Made by a program: the position numbers and the translations under genes | The notes under the pieces: model-generated | Databases searched by the model: none | Seen by the model: only the letters and a program-made list of their open reading frames with translations | Told to the model about the DNA's origin: nothing | DNA from: a virus | Taxonomy: Duplodnaviria > Heunggongvirae > Uroviricota > Caudoviricetes | IMG/VR virus record: IMGVR_UViG_2506520037_000006 | Strand: one strand, 5' to 3' | Length of the DNA: 39,680 nt | Part shown: in pieces, positions 1 to 10,012 of the stretch | How positions within the stretch are numbered: the first letter of the stretch is position 1 | Layout of the letters: the number at the start of each line of letters is the position of its first letter

Positions 1-2445
1 ATGCCAACACCAACCATCATCAAAACACTCGCCACCCACCGCGAAAAACCGTTTGTCAGCGTCGTCACGCCAACCTGGAACCGCGGCGCATTCCTGCCGT
101 ACCTGCTCTATATGTACCGCTATCAGGATTACCCGGCAGACCGCCGCGAACTCATCATCCTCGACGATTCCCCACAAAGCCATCAACACATCATCGACCG
201 CCTGACCAATGGCACGCCGGAAGCCTTTAACATCCGCTACATCCATCACCCGGAAAAACTGCCGCTGGGCAAAAAACGCAACATGCTCAACGAACTGGCG
301 CGCGGCGAATACATCCTCTGCATGGATGATGACGACTACTATCCGGCAGATAAAATCTCTTACACCATCGCTATGATGCAAAAACACCGGGCGCTCATCT
401 CCGGTTCCGACCAGATCCCCATCTGGTACAGCCATATCAACCGTATCTTTCAAAGCCGCAGCTTTGGCCCACATAATATCCTCAACGGCACCTTTTGCTA
501 TCACCGTAACTACCTGAAAAAGCACCGTTACGACGATGATTGCAATTTAGGCGAAGAGAAAAGTTTCACCGACAATTTCAGCGTTAACCCGCTGCAACTG
601 CCCGGCGAGCGCACGATTTTGTGTATCTCGCATAGCCACAACACCTTTGATAAAGACTTTATTATCGGGGCCAGCACGCCAGTAAACACGGCGCTTACGG
701 ATATCGTCCGCGATCCGCTGCTGCGCAATGCTTATCTGAGTCTGCATAACGCCACTCATCACCAGGCGATCAACCATCAGGCGATCGATCAGGTGGTCGT
801 CGTGAATCTGGATAAACGCCCGGATCGCTTACAACAGATCCGTGAAGAACTGGCATTGCTGCATATTCCACCCGAGAAGATCACCCGCCTTGCCGCCTGT
901 GAAGATGAAAACGGTCAACGGGGCCGCCGCCTGTCGCACTTGCAGGCGCTGCGACTGGCGCAACAGCATGGCTGGCAAAATTACCTGTTGCTGGAAGATG
1001 ACGCGGTTATTCTCAAGCAGGAAAAACATATTCAGGTGCTGAACACGCTGCTGGCGAGCCTGGCGAAAATTCCCTGGCAGGTGATGATCCTCGGCGGCGA
1101 AATTTCGCAGGGAACGATGCTAAAAAGTTTGCCGGGGCTGGTGCACGCGCGGGACTGCCGCAAAGTGTGCGCTTATCTGGTGAACAGCCGCTACTACCCG
1201 CAACTGGCGCAGCAGTTGAGCAACGATGAGCACTCGCTGGAAGACGTCTGGCAGCCGCTGCTACGCGCCGACAAATGGCTGGCCTGTTACCCGAGCCTTT
1301 GTTACCAGCGACCGGGCTTTAGCGATATCGAGAAAAAAGTGACCGACAACATTAGTCACTATTTCAATAAGTTACCTGTATCCACAAAGCCATCCGCATT
1401 ACCCATCGCCGACACCATCGGCTTTTTTATGGAAACCTCATTCCACTACGCGCTGTATCGTCCAATCATCACCGCTCTACAGGCGCAGGGGAAGAGCTGC
1501 ACACTAGTGATCAATGACCGCGTGTTTAAACCGTTTCTTGATGAGATGCTGGAAACACTGAAAAACATCGACGATCCGCAGCTTAAAGGTATGCGCTTGT
1601 CTGAGATGCAGGCACATAGTCAGCGGGTGAAATGCCTGGTCAGCCCCTACCACACGCCTGCGCTCAATGGCCTTTCACCCGTGAACATCCGCGCCATGTA
1701 CGGCTTAGCTAAAGAGACGTGGAACCATGCAGACTGGAACCGTTTTTATCAGCGTATTTTGTGTTACAGCCACTACAGCCAGCGGGCGCTGGAACATTTC
1801 GGCAATGCAAAAGTGGTTGGCAACCCGCGCTTCGACGCCTGGCATAACGGCACGTTCGACCGCGCTCTGCCGGAAAATATTCAACCCGATTCCTGTAAAC
1901 CTACGGTGCTCTACGCCCCCACGTTTGGCGCATTAAGCTCCCTGCCCCACTGGGCAGAAAAATTGGGCCGCTTAAGCGGTGATGTGAACCTGATTTGCAA
2001 ACTGCACCACGGCACCAGCTCGCGCCCGCAAGAAGCTGCATCGCTGGCCCTGGCGCGCAGGCACTTAAAACAGCTCACCGACTCCGCCCGCCACACGCTG
2101 GCGCTACTGGCAAAGGCCGATTACGTGCTCACCGATAACAGTGGGTTTATTTTCGATGCGATCCACGTTGATAAACGGGTGATCCTGCTCGACTTCCCGG
2201 GCATGACGGAACTGCTCGACGGTGAGAAAAGTTATTCCACGCCGGAGAGCGCCGACCAGCGGATTCGCGAAATATTGCCGGTGGCTCATGAGGTTGCGGA
2301 ACTGCGTTACTTATTGTCAGAGGCGTTTGACTGGGGGTCGGTGCAGGCGCGGCTTACGGAGATTCGCCATCACTATTGCGATGCGTTTATGGATGGCAAG
2401 GCGGGAGAACGGGCGGCGATTGTGATTGTGGAGGCGCTGGGGTAA
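1..2445 (+). CDS. Host multidomain glycosyltransferase: N-terminal GT2-like domain, central GT25-like domain, C-terminal TagB/TagF-like CDP-glycerol glycerophosphotransferase domain
   Basis: 814-aa ORF beginning with ATG at window base 1 (an upstream extension cannot be excluded); DxD-type MDDDD motif in N-terminal third; VLYAPTF and VLTDNSGFIFD motifs typical of TagF-family enzymes in C-terminal third; stop TAA at 2443-2445. Confidence 0.6.
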   Translation: MPTPTIIKTLATHREKPFVSVVTPTWNRGAFLPYLLYMYRYQDYPADRRELIILDDSPQSHQHIIDRLTNGTPEAFNIRYIHHPEKLPLGKKRNMLNELARGEYILCMDDDDYYPADKISYTIAMMQKHRALISGSDQIPIWYSHINRIFQSRSFGPHNILNGTFCYHRNYLKKHRYDDDCNLGEEKSFTDNFSVNPLQLPGERTILCISHSHNTFDKDFIIGASTPVNTALTDIVRDPLLRNAYLSLHNATHHQAINHQAIDQVVVVNLDKRPDRLQQIREELALLHIPPEKITRLAACEDENGQRGRRLSHLQALRLAQQHGWQNYLLLEDDAVILKQEKHIQVLNTLLASLAKIPWQVMILGGEISQGTMLKSLPGLVHARDCRKVCAYLVNSRYYPQLAQQLSNDEHSLEDVWQPLLRADKWLACYPSLCYQRPGFSDIEKKVTDNISHYFNKLPVSTKPSALPIADTIGFFMETSFHYALYRPIITALQAQGKSCTLVINDRVFKPFLDEMLETLKNIDDPQLKGMRLSEMQAHSQRVKCLVSPYHTPALNGLSPVNIRAMYGLAKETWNHADWNRFYQRILCYSHYSQRALEHFGNAKVVGNPRFDAWHNGTFDRALPENIQPDSCKPTVLYAPTFGALSSLPHWAEKLGRLSGDVNLICKLHHGTSSRPQEAASLALARRHLKQLTDSARHTLALLAKADYVLTDNSGFIFDAIHVDKRVILLDFPGMTELLDGEKSYSTPESADQRIREILPVAHEVAELRYLLSEAFDWGSVQARLTEIRHHYCDAFMDGKAGERAAIVIVEALG

Positions 2446-2456
2446 ACCGCGCAACT

Positions 2457-2485
2457 GCCTGATGCGCTTCGCTTATCAGGCCTAC
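2457..2485. repeat. REP (repetitive extragenic palindromic) unit, enterobacterial type
   Basis: gcctgatgcgcttcgcttatcaggcctac, imperfect palindrome immediately 3' of host gene. Confidence 0.7.
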
Positions 2486-2500
2486 GGATCGATCACGTCC

Positions 2501-2528
2501 TGTAGGCCGGATAAGGCGTTTACGCCGC
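2501..2528. repeat. Second REP unit of a BIME, interrupted by the Mu insertion (continues at 39246..39254)
   Basis: tgtaggccggataaggcgtttacgccgc; joined to right flank it reads ...ggcgtttacgccgcatccggca, the classic REP core. Confidence 0.7.
2524..2528. repeat. Left copy of 5-bp target-site duplication (GCCGC)
   Basis: gccgc immediately precedes Mu left terminus; identical pentamer at 39246..39250. Confidence 0.85.
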
Positions 2529-2715
2529 TGTATTGATTCACTTGAAGTACGAAAAAAACCGGGAGGACATTGGATTATTCGGGATCTGATGGGATTAGAT
2601 TTGGTGGGGCTTGCAAGCCTGTAGTGCAAATTTTAGTCGTTAATCAATGAAACGCGAAAGATAGTAAAAAATTGCTTTTGTTTCATTGAAAATACGAAAA
2701 ACAAAAACACTGCAA
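2529..2715 (+). other. Mu attL: MuA end-binding sites L1, L2, L3
   Basis: Repeated MuA-site-like motifs (gaagtacgaaaaa, tgaaacgcgaaag, gaaaatacgaaaaac) within the first ~190 bp. Confidence 0.75.
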
Positions 2716-2866
2716 ATCATTTCAATAACAGCTTCAAAAAACGTTCAAAACCGATAACAACCAAGCTGTCACCAAATGACTCATATCACAAATCAGCTTA
2801 TGCCGTTTAGGTATGTTACATGTGTGATTATGTGAGGTGAAGTATGTTTTAGCTGGTTCATGGTTG

Positions 2867-3457
2867 TTATACGGCTTTTTTTACCTCCTGTGGTTCCTGT
2901 GAAGGTACTACAACACTTTCCTGTTCATGAATCCCATACTTTGACAAAATCTCTTTGCGTTTTTCTTCAGGTAATGCATCTAGCATCATCAACGTCTGAA
3001 TACTTTGCTGTGAAAATCCTATAAAGCTGTAAAGTTTCTGTTCATTAAATACAAGAGGCATTAACGCCAACAACCCCCCTTTACTTAAAAGTTTCAGTGC
3101 CTTGCGTGCTTCATCTGGTTCCAGCTCTTCAATCATATTGATTAAGGTTGTGGTTAATTTGTTTATCAGTTCCGAAGAATCCTGTTTCTCATTGGCTTGA
3201 GCACCAGTATCCGGTGTGGATAACCCCAAGTGCGCAATAACTTGCTCTCGTTCTTTGGTGGGCATCGACATCACATCGTATTCAACAGCTTTCCCCCCCT
3301 TGACACCTTCCTTTTTTCGCTTCGTCCAGCCTTGAACATTTGCTCGATAGTGAACACCAGCAACAGATCCAGGCATACCATCAGCAGCCATAATTTCTTG
3401 CGGCGAACACCAAATTGACTTTTCAGTATTATTCTTTTCTATAAAGTTACTTTTCAA
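2867..3457 (-). CDS. c: Mu repressor c (Repc), 196 aa
   Basis: Translation MKSNFIEKNNTEKSIWCSPQEIMAADG... recognised as Mu c; initiation codon appears to be TTG (3455-3457 on minus strand); residue 47 is Arg. Confidence 0.93.
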   Translation of the reverse strand: MKSNFIEKNNTEKSIWCSPQEIMAADGMPGSVAGVHYRANVQGWTKRKKEGVKGGKAVEYDVMSMPTKEREQVIAHLGLSTPDTGAQANEKQDSSELINKLTTTLINMIEELEPDEARKALKLLSKGGLLALMPLVFNEQKLYSFIGFSQQSIQTLMMLDALPEEKRKEILSKYGIHEQESVVVPSQEPQEVKKAV

Positions 3458-3626
3458 AATTTAAACTCCTTATTTATCAACGCGTTAATCAGTAATCAAA
3501 GGAATTTACCAAAAAGCAGCTTTACAAAAAGCTTTTCAGTAATTATCTTTTTAGTAAGCTAGCTAAGTTTTTACACTTAGTTAAATTGCTAACTTTATAG
3601 ATTACAAAACTTAGGAGGGTTTTTAA
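3458..3626. promoter_or_regulatory. Mu early control region: operators O1-O3, divergent promoters Pe/Pc, IHF site, transposition enhancer (IAS)
   Basis: AT-rich 169-bp divergent intergenic region between c and ner; assignment by position from established Mu biology, individual sites not delimited. Confidence 0.65.
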
Positions 3627-3854
3627 ATGTGTTCCAACGAAAAGGCCCGTGATTGGCATCGTGCGGATGTGATTGCGGGACTTAAGAAAAGAAAGCTCTC
3701 TTTATCAGCTCTTTCCCGGCAGTTTGGTTATGCGCCAACTACATTAGCTAATGCGCTAGAACGACACTGGCCAAAGGGTGAGCAGATTATTGCTAACGCC
3801 TTAGAAACTAAACCGGAAGTAATCTGGCCTAGCCGATATCAAGCAGGTGAATAA
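3627..3854 (+). CDS. ner: Ner, DNA-binding negative regulator of early transcription, 75 aa
   Basis: ATG at 3627 preceded by SD aggaggg; translation [23 protein letters not shown]... matches Mu Ner. Confidence 0.95.
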
Positions 3855-3855
3855 C

Positions 3856-5847
3856 ATGGAACTTTGGGTATCACCGAAAGAGTGTGCGAATCTTCCTGGT
3901 TTGCCGAAAACATCGGCTGGTGTGATTTATGTTGCTAAAAAGCAAGGATGGCAAAACCGCACTAGAGCAGGTGTCAAAGGTGGTAAAGCAATTGAATACA
4001 ATGCGAACTCTTTACCTGTTGAAGCGAAAGCGGCGTTATTGCTGAGACAAGGAGAGATTGAAACAAGCCTGGGGTATTTTGAAATCGCCCGCCCCACGCT
4101 GGAAGCCCATGATTATGATCGTGAGGCACTGTGGAGCAAATGGGATAACGCCAGCGATTCCCAGCGCAGACTTGCTGAAAAATGGTTGCCTGCGGTTCAG
4201 GCTGCAGACGAAATGCTGAACCAGGGGATTTCAACGAAAACGGCTTTTGCGACCGTTGCAGGGCATTACCAGGTCAGCGCATCCACTTTGCGGGACAAGT
4301 ATTACCAGGTACAGAAGTTTGCGAAGCCTGACTGGGCGGCTGCACTTGTTGATGGACGTGGAGCATCCCGTCGCAATGTTCACAAAAGTGAATTTGACGA
4401 GGATGCCTGGCAGTTTCTGATTGCAGATTATCTGCGACCGGAAAAACCCGCTTTCCGCAAATGTTATGAGCGTCTGGAACTGGCAGCCCGCGAGCATGGC
4501 TGGAGTATTCCCTCCCGTGCCACGGCCTTTCGCCGGATTCAGCAACTGGACGAGGCAATGGTTGTTGCCTGTCGTGAAGGTGAACATGCACTGATGCATC
4601 TGATACCGGCACAGCAGCGAACTGTGGAACACCTGGACGCCATGCAGTGGATCAACGGCGACGGTTATCTGCATAACGTCTTTGTACGCTGGTTTAACGG
4701 TGATGTGATCCGTCCGAAAACATGGTTCTGGCAGGATGTGAAAACCCGAAAAATTCTGGGCTGGCGCTGCGATGTGAGCGAGAACATTGATTCAATTCGC
4801 CTCTCGTTCATGGATGTTGTGACTCGCTACGGTATCCCGGAGGATTTTCACATCACCATTGATAACACCCGTGGTGCTGCGAATAAATGGCTGACGGGAG
4901 GCGCGCCCAATCGCTACCGCTTTAAGGTAAAAGAGGACGATCCAAAAGGACTGTTTTTACTGATGGGGGCGAAAATGCACTGGACAAGCGTTGTTGCCGG
5001 TAAAGGCTGGGGCCAGGCAAAACCTGTTGAACGTGCTTTCGGTGTTGGTGGGCTTGAGGAATACGTTGATAAGCATCCGGCACTGGCTGGCGCATATACG
5101 GGGCCAAATCCGCAGGCAAAACCTGATAACTATGGCGACCGCGCTGTTGATGCAGAGCTGTTTCTGAAAACCCTTGCCGAAGGTGTGGCGATGTTCAATG
5201 CCAGAACAGGCCGTGAAACAGAAATGTGCGGGGGCAAACTCTCGTTTGATGATGTTTTCGAGCGTGAATACGCCAGAACGATTGTGCGTAAGCCAACCGA
5301 AGAACAAAAACGGATGCTGTTACTGCCTGCCGAGGCGGTGAACGTTTCACGCAAAGGCGAGTTTACGCTTAAAGTTGGCGGCTCCCTTAAAGGCGCGAAA
5401 AACGTTTATTACAACATGGCATTAATGAATGCCGGCGTGAAAAAAGTTGTGGTCAGGTTTGATCCGCAGCAGCTACACAGCACGGTTTATTGCTACACCC
5501 TGGACGGTCGGTTTATCTGTGAAGCGGAATGTCTGGCACCTGTTGCATTTAATGATGCTGCGGCAGGCCGTGAATATCGCCGCCGCCAGAAACAACTGAA
5601 ATCTGCGACGAAAGCAGCCATTAAGGCGCAGAAACAAATGGACGCGCTGGAAGTTGCTGAACTGCTGCCGCAGATAGCCGAACCAGCAGCACCAGAATCA
5701 CGAATTGTTGGTATTTTCCGGCCTTCCGGTAATACGGAACGGGTGAAGAATCAGGAGCGTGATGATGAATACGAAACTGAGCGTGATGAATATCTGAATC
5801 ATTCGCTGGATATTCTGGAACAGAACAGACGTAAAAAAGCCATTTAA
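3856..5847 (+). CDS. A: MuA DDE transposase, 663 aa
   Basis: ATG at 3856 (track ORF starts 9 nt upstream at GTG); translation [32 protein letters not shown]... matches MuA. Confidence 0.97.
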
Positions 5848-5885
5848 TTAACGTTTAAACAAAATTTAATTACGAGGTTATTCAG

Positions 5886-6824
5886 ATGAATATTTCCGAT
5901 ATTCGCGCAGGACTGCGCACGCTTGTAGAAAATGAAGAAACCACCTTTAAACAAATTGCTCTTGAGAGCGGGCTTTCTACCGGAACTATCAGTAGTTTTA
6001 TCAATGATAAGTACAACGGGGATAACGAGCGTGTTTCACAAATGCTGCAACGCTGGCTGGAAAAATATCATGCAGTGGCAGAACTACCTGAACCGCCCCG
6101 CTTTGTGGAAACGCAGACGGTAAAACAAATCTGGACAAGTATGCGTTTTGCCAGCCTGACTGAAAGTATTGCTGTTGTATGTGGCAATCCTGGTGTGGGC
6201 AAAACCGAAGCGGCCCGTGAATATCGCCGCACCAATAACAATGTCTGGATGATCACCATTACGCCATCCTGTGCCAGCGTTCTGGAATGTCTTACTGAAC
6301 TGGCGTTTGAGCTGGGAATGAATGACGCACCACGCCGTAAAGGGCCGCTCTCCCGCGCCCTGCGACGTCGCCTTGAAGGTACACAGGGGCTGGTTATCAT
6401 CGACGAAGCTGATCATCTTGGTGCCGAAGTTCTGGAAGAACTCCGCCTGTTACAGGAATCAACCCGTATTGGCCTTGTGCTGATGGGAAATCACCGGGTT
6501 TATTCAAATATGACGGGGGGTAACAGAACGGTTGAATTTGCCCGTCTGTTTTCCCGTATTGCAAAGCGCACTGCAATTAATAAAACCAAAAAAGCCGATG
6601 TAAAAGCTATTGCGGATGCCTGGCAGATTAACGGCGAAAAAGAACTGGAGTTATTACAGCAGATTGCGCAGAAACCAGGTGCGCTTCGCATTCTGAATCA
6701 TTCACTTCGCCTTGCAGCCATGACGGCTCACGGTAAAGGTGAGCGTGTTAACGAAGATTATCTGCGTCAGGCTTTCCGTGAATTAGACCTGGACGTTGAT
6801 ATTTCAACGCTGCTGCGTAATTAA
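5886..6824 (+). CDS. B: MuB, ATP-dependent target DNA activator (AAA+), 312 aa
   Basis: Translation MNISDIRAGLRTLVENEETTFKQIALESG...; Walker A GNPGVGKT; SD gagg upstream. Confidence 0.97.
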   Translation: MNISDIRAGLRTLVENEETTFKQIALESGLSTGTISSFINDKYNGDNERVSQMLQRWLEKYHAVAELPEPPRFVETQTVKQIWTSMRFASLTESIAVVCGNPGVGKTEAAREYRRTNNNVWMITITPSCASVLECLTELAFELGMNDAPRRKGPLSRALRRRLEGTQGLVIIDEADHLGAEVLEELRLLQESTRIGLVLMGNHRVYSNMTGGNRTVEFARLFSRIAKRTAINKTKKADVKAIADAWQINGEKELELLQQIAQKPGALRILNHSLRLAAMTAHGKGERVNEDYLRQAFRELDLDVDISTLLRN

Positions 6825-6839
6825 GAAGGAGAAGAAATT

Positions 6840-7067
6840 ATGATGGCCCGAAATATAAAAATGGCAACGGATGCGCAGAACTGGTTACAGGCGCGCGGGA
6901 GTCATGTAAATGAATCATATCTCGGCGTGGCGCGTCCGATTCTTGAAATCACTTACCCACCGGTGGAACTGGTAAAAAACGCGGTCAGAATTATGGAGCA
7001 TAAGTCCGGGGTGGCCCGTTCTGTATGGACGGCCCGTCTTAATGGTTGCCAGATTATCTGGAGATAA
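6840..7067 (+). CDS. kil: Kil, host-killing small early protein, 75 aa
   Basis: First ORF downstream of B with SD aaggagaag; position matches Mu kil. Confidence 0.7.
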
Positions 7068-7069
7068 CG

Positions 7070-7300
7070 ATGTGTATTAAAGCTGAAAAATATATTGAAT
7101 GGGTTAAACACTGTCAGTGCCACGGGGTGCCGCTGACGACATATAAATGCCCCGGATGTGGTGAACAGATTATGACGCAATGCTCACCCGAAAAGGAAAT
7201 TCGGGATTCCCTGACATGTTGTCCGTGGTGCAGCGCAGTTTTCTTTAAACAGGTAAAAGGCGCGAAGGTAAAAGCCAGCGCGGTTATTCAGAATCAATAA
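7070..7300 (+). CDS. Early semi-essential region protein, Cys-rich zinc-ribbon-like, 76 aa
   Basis: ATG at 7070 with SD ggagataacg, 2 nt after kil stop; CxC/CPGC/CCPWC cysteine clusters. Confidence 0.6.
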   Translation: MCIKAEKYIEWVKHCQCHGVPLTTYKCPGCGEQIMTQCSPEKEIRDSLTCCPWCSAVFFKQVKGAKVKASAVIQNQ

Positions 7301-7311
7301 GGTGAAACAAA

Positions 7312-7575
7312 ATGGCAAAAGTAATTATTGAAATTAAAAATACAGTATCTGGAATTAAAGGACGGAATTTGCGCACCAGCATTGCGGTGGACGGTAGTGC
7401 GGAACTGGACGGTGATGAGGGTACACTTGCTGGCATGGTGGCGTTACTGGTGCTTAATAAAAGCCAGAAAATAATTAATGAGTCAGCCCATGAAGCTATT
7501 GAGATTTTGAAAAACGATGGTGTCATCACCAGTGGTCGTGTCACTGAAATGGCTGTTGAAAAAACATGTCACTGA
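7312..7575 (+). CDS. Early semi-essential region hypothetical protein, 87 aa
   Basis: ATG at 7312 with SD aaggtga; same-strand tightly packed operon. Confidence 0.6.
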   Translation: MAKVIIEIKNTVSGIKGRNLRTSIAVDGSAELDGDEGTLAGMVALLVLNKSQKIINESAHEAIEILKNDGVITSGRVTEMAVEKTCH

Positions 7576-8009
7576 AAGGAACGCTGACAATGAATGTCAA
7601 AATCCGAAATGAAATTCAGGCATTAATCCGAATTCAGGAACGCAATAACAACGGTGGTGAATTACGCGAGTTTATTTGTGCGCGTGAAGTTGATGGCTAT
7701 GGTGAAAAAACTTACCTGATTACTTTCGACCATTACAGCATCTGTGCGCGTTATTGCGGCGAAAGCATATCCCGCGCCATTGCGTCTGGCGATGCGTTTA
7801 ACGTGGATTTATGGGAGTACGTCATGGACCGGGAATACATCTGCGCATCAGACCCTGAAGCCCGTGAAATGTGGCAGCGTATCTGGCGCGATTACCGGTT
7901 AATGGCAAAAGGCTGGGCGCGCTGCTGTTATTCCTCGCTTGCCCTGAAAGCGGTTCAGTTATCGCTGCGGCATATTCCGGCATCACTGCGCGAGCCTCTG
8001 CTGTACTGA
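7566..8009 (+). CDS. Early semi-essential region hypothetical protein, 147 aa (alternative start 7590)
   Basis: ORF overlapping upstream gene by 10 nt; second in-frame ATG at 7590 has SD aaagga. Confidence 0.6.
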   Translation: MSLKGTLTMNVKIRNEIQALIRIQERNNNGGELREFICAREVDGYGEKTYLITFDHYSICARYCGESISRAIASGDAFNVDLWEYVMDREYICASDPEAREMWQRIWRDYRLMAKGWARCCYSSLALKAVQLSLRHIPASLREPLLY

Positions 8010-8309
8010 ATGGTGACTGACATGAAGTGTAATCGTAAGCGCTGGTCACGCGAAGACCGGGAATTTATCGAAGCCAACGTCGGGAAAATGACCGTTGAAG
8101 AAATGGCGGAAAAACTGAAAGTCGCCACAACCGCCCTCCGGGCACATGCCAGAAGGCACGGAATATCATTGTGTGTATACCGAATCAGTGAACACGACAA
8201 ATATTTATGTCGTGAACTTTATAAAGAAGGACTGGATATTCATGTTATTGCCCGAAAGATGGAATTAAGCAATCGAGCTGTATCCAGCATTGTATACAGC
8301 GGATATTAA
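8010..8309 (+). CDS. Early semi-essential region protein, possible HTH DNA-binding, 99 aa
   Basis: ATG at 8010 overlapping upstream stop (TGAATG); helix-turn-helix-like segment KMTVEEMAEKLKVATTALRAHARRHG. Confidence 0.55.
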   Translation: MVTDMKCNRKRWSREDREFIEANVGKMTVEEMAEKLKVATTALRAHARRHGISLCVYRISEHDKYLCRELYKEGLDIHVIARKMELSNRAVSSIVYSGY

Positions 8310-8328
8310 TTAACAGGAGCTTTAATTT

Positions 8329-8853
8329 ATGGCTAAACCAGCAAAACGTATCAAGAGTGCCGCAGCGGCTTATGTGCCACAAAACCGCGATGCGGTGATT
8401 ACCGATATTAAACGCATCGGGGATTTACAGCGCGAAGCATCACGTCTGGAAACGGAAATGAATGATGCCATCGCGGAAATTACGGAGAAATTTGCGGCCC
8501 GGATTGCACCGATTAAAACCGATATTGAAACCCTTTCAAAAGGCGTTCAGGGATGGTGTGAAGCGAACCGCGACGAACTGACGAACGGCGGCAAAGTGAA
8601 GACGGCGAATCTTGTCACCGGTGATGTATCGTGGCGGGTCCGTCCACCATCAGTAAGTATTCGTGGTATGGATGCAGTGATGGAAACGCTGGAGCGTCTT
8701 GGCCTGCAACGCTTTATTCGCACGAAGCAGGAAATCAACAAGGAAGCGATTTTACTGGAACCGAAAGCGGTCGCAGGCGTTGCCGGAATTACAGTTAAAT
8801 CAGGCATTGAGGATTTTTCTATTATTCCATTTGAACAGGAAGCCGGTATTTAA
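8329..8853 (+). CDS. gam: Gam, Ku-like DNA-end-binding host-nuclease inhibitor, 174 aa
   Basis: Translation MAKPAKRIKSAAAAYVPQNRDAVITDIKRIGDLQREASRLETEMNDAIAEITEKF... matches Mu Gam; SD caggagc. Confidence 0.92.
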   Translation: MAKPAKRIKSAAAAYVPQNRDAVITDIKRIGDLQREASRLETEMNDAIAEITEKFAARIAPIKTDIETLSKGVQGWCEANRDELTNGGKVKTANLVTGDVSWRVRPPSVSIRGMDAVMETLERLGLQRFIRTKQEINKEAILLEPKAVAGVAGITVKSGIEDFSIIPFEQEAGI

Positions 8854-8951
8854 TACCACCATTAATATTTAATTAATTCACATTCTTTTAATTATGGCGC
8901 GATACGTCAGGAGATTGCTCGCGCCTGAAACAGATTACTGAGGAATAAAAC

Positions 8952-9482
8952 ATGGTTGATGCAAAAATTCTGAATGGTGTCAGCACATTATTACGGGCTT
9001 ACGGACGCCTGACCTGCGGAGTTCTGGCTGAAAAAATGAATATGCTGCCCTCGTCAATGGTGTATTTCCTGCGTGATGCGGTTGATGCCGGAGTGCTCAC
9101 CGAATGCAACGGATTTTATGACGTTCCGCGCCCGCGTCCGACGCCGCCTGTAAGACGAAACGCAACTGAGCAGCCTGCTGTTGATGATGCGGTGTGGTGC
9201 AACTGGCGTCGCTCATTACCCTGGGTGGAAGGTAATACCATCCCCGCGCTGGCAAAAGAGTTTGCGACGGGCGTGCTGACCTGTGAGTCAGTCCACATTG
9301 TTGCTGAGGTGGATAACAGAATGTGCGAACAGGGAATGCCCCGTTTTGTGATGGCTTATATCGATATCCGGCTGGGGCGTTTTATTTGCAGTTCAAGCGT
9401 CTGGAATATCACCGACCATGTACTGCGTTATCTCATTCTTGATTGTTCTCCGGCTCCCGCAGCGGTGCAGGAGGTGGCGTGA
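8952..9482 (+). CDS. Early semi-essential region hypothetical protein, 176 aa
   Basis: ATG at 8952 with SD tgaggaa; translationally coupled to next ORF (TGATG overlap at 9480-9484). Confidence 0.6.
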   Translation: MVDAKILNGVSTLLRAYGRLTCGVLAEKMNMLPSSMVYFLRDAVDAGVLTECNGFYDVPRPRPTPPVRRNATEQPAVDDAVWCNWRRSLPWVEGNTIPALAKEFATGVLTCESVHIVAEVDNRMCEQGMPRFVMAYIDIRLGRFICSSSVWNITDHVLRYLILDCSPAPAAVQEVA

Positions 9483-10012
9483 TGTTTTTTAAAACGTCAA
9501 ATCCCGCAGCACTGCTGGCGTGGGACCAGTTTATGGCGGACTGTCTGAAACTACGCGAAGAAGCCCGCCATCTTGATAAGGTTCTGGGTTGTGGTTGCCG
9601 GTCAGTATTCAGCACAAGTATTGGTGGGCGTTATTTTCATGGTGTGAACTTTCCGGGGAATGAGCGCCCTTTCTCGCGGGAGCTGTGGACCGTACAACGG
9701 CCCGCATCAGGTAACAGTTGCAGGCCCAGAACTTCGCGGATACCTGCTCATCTCAGGGAGCAGGCAAGAGAGCTGGCGAAAATATGGCAGGAGAATATTC
9801 CGGTCACTTACGCCCGCACAGACGCTCTTTTACCCGCACTGGGACTGGATTTCAGCGCAACAATATTCGGGCCGCTCCAGTGGTTCCGTGTTGGTGATGT
9901 GATTTACGTCATGACGGGGATGACACCCGCGCAAGGCCGCATGACTGAAATCCTTTCTGACGAATTTATCCGGGCGCAAAAACAGGCGGAGGTAAACAAT
10001 GGAAAACAATAA
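9482..10012 (+). CDS. Early semi-essential region hypothetical protein, 176 aa
   Basis: ATG at 9482 with SD gcaggaggtg; track ORF begins upstream at TTG 9443. Confidence 0.6.
   Translation: MFFKTSNPAALLAWDQFMADCLKLREEARHLDKVLGCGCRSVFSTSIGGRYFHGVNFPGNERPFSRELWTVQRPASGNSCRPRTSRIPAHLREQARELAKIWQENIPVTYARTDALLPALGLDFSATIFGPLQWFRVGDVIYVMTGMTPAQGRMTEILSDEFIRAQKQAEVNNGKQ

Noticed and set aside
842-2096. Several 60-70-aa ORFs on both strands inside the host glycosyltransferase gene
   Set aside because: All lie within the long 814-aa frame and are alternative-frame artefacts
3230-3418. 62-aa plus-strand ORF inside the c repressor gene
   Set aside because: Antisense to a confidently identified gene; no start signals
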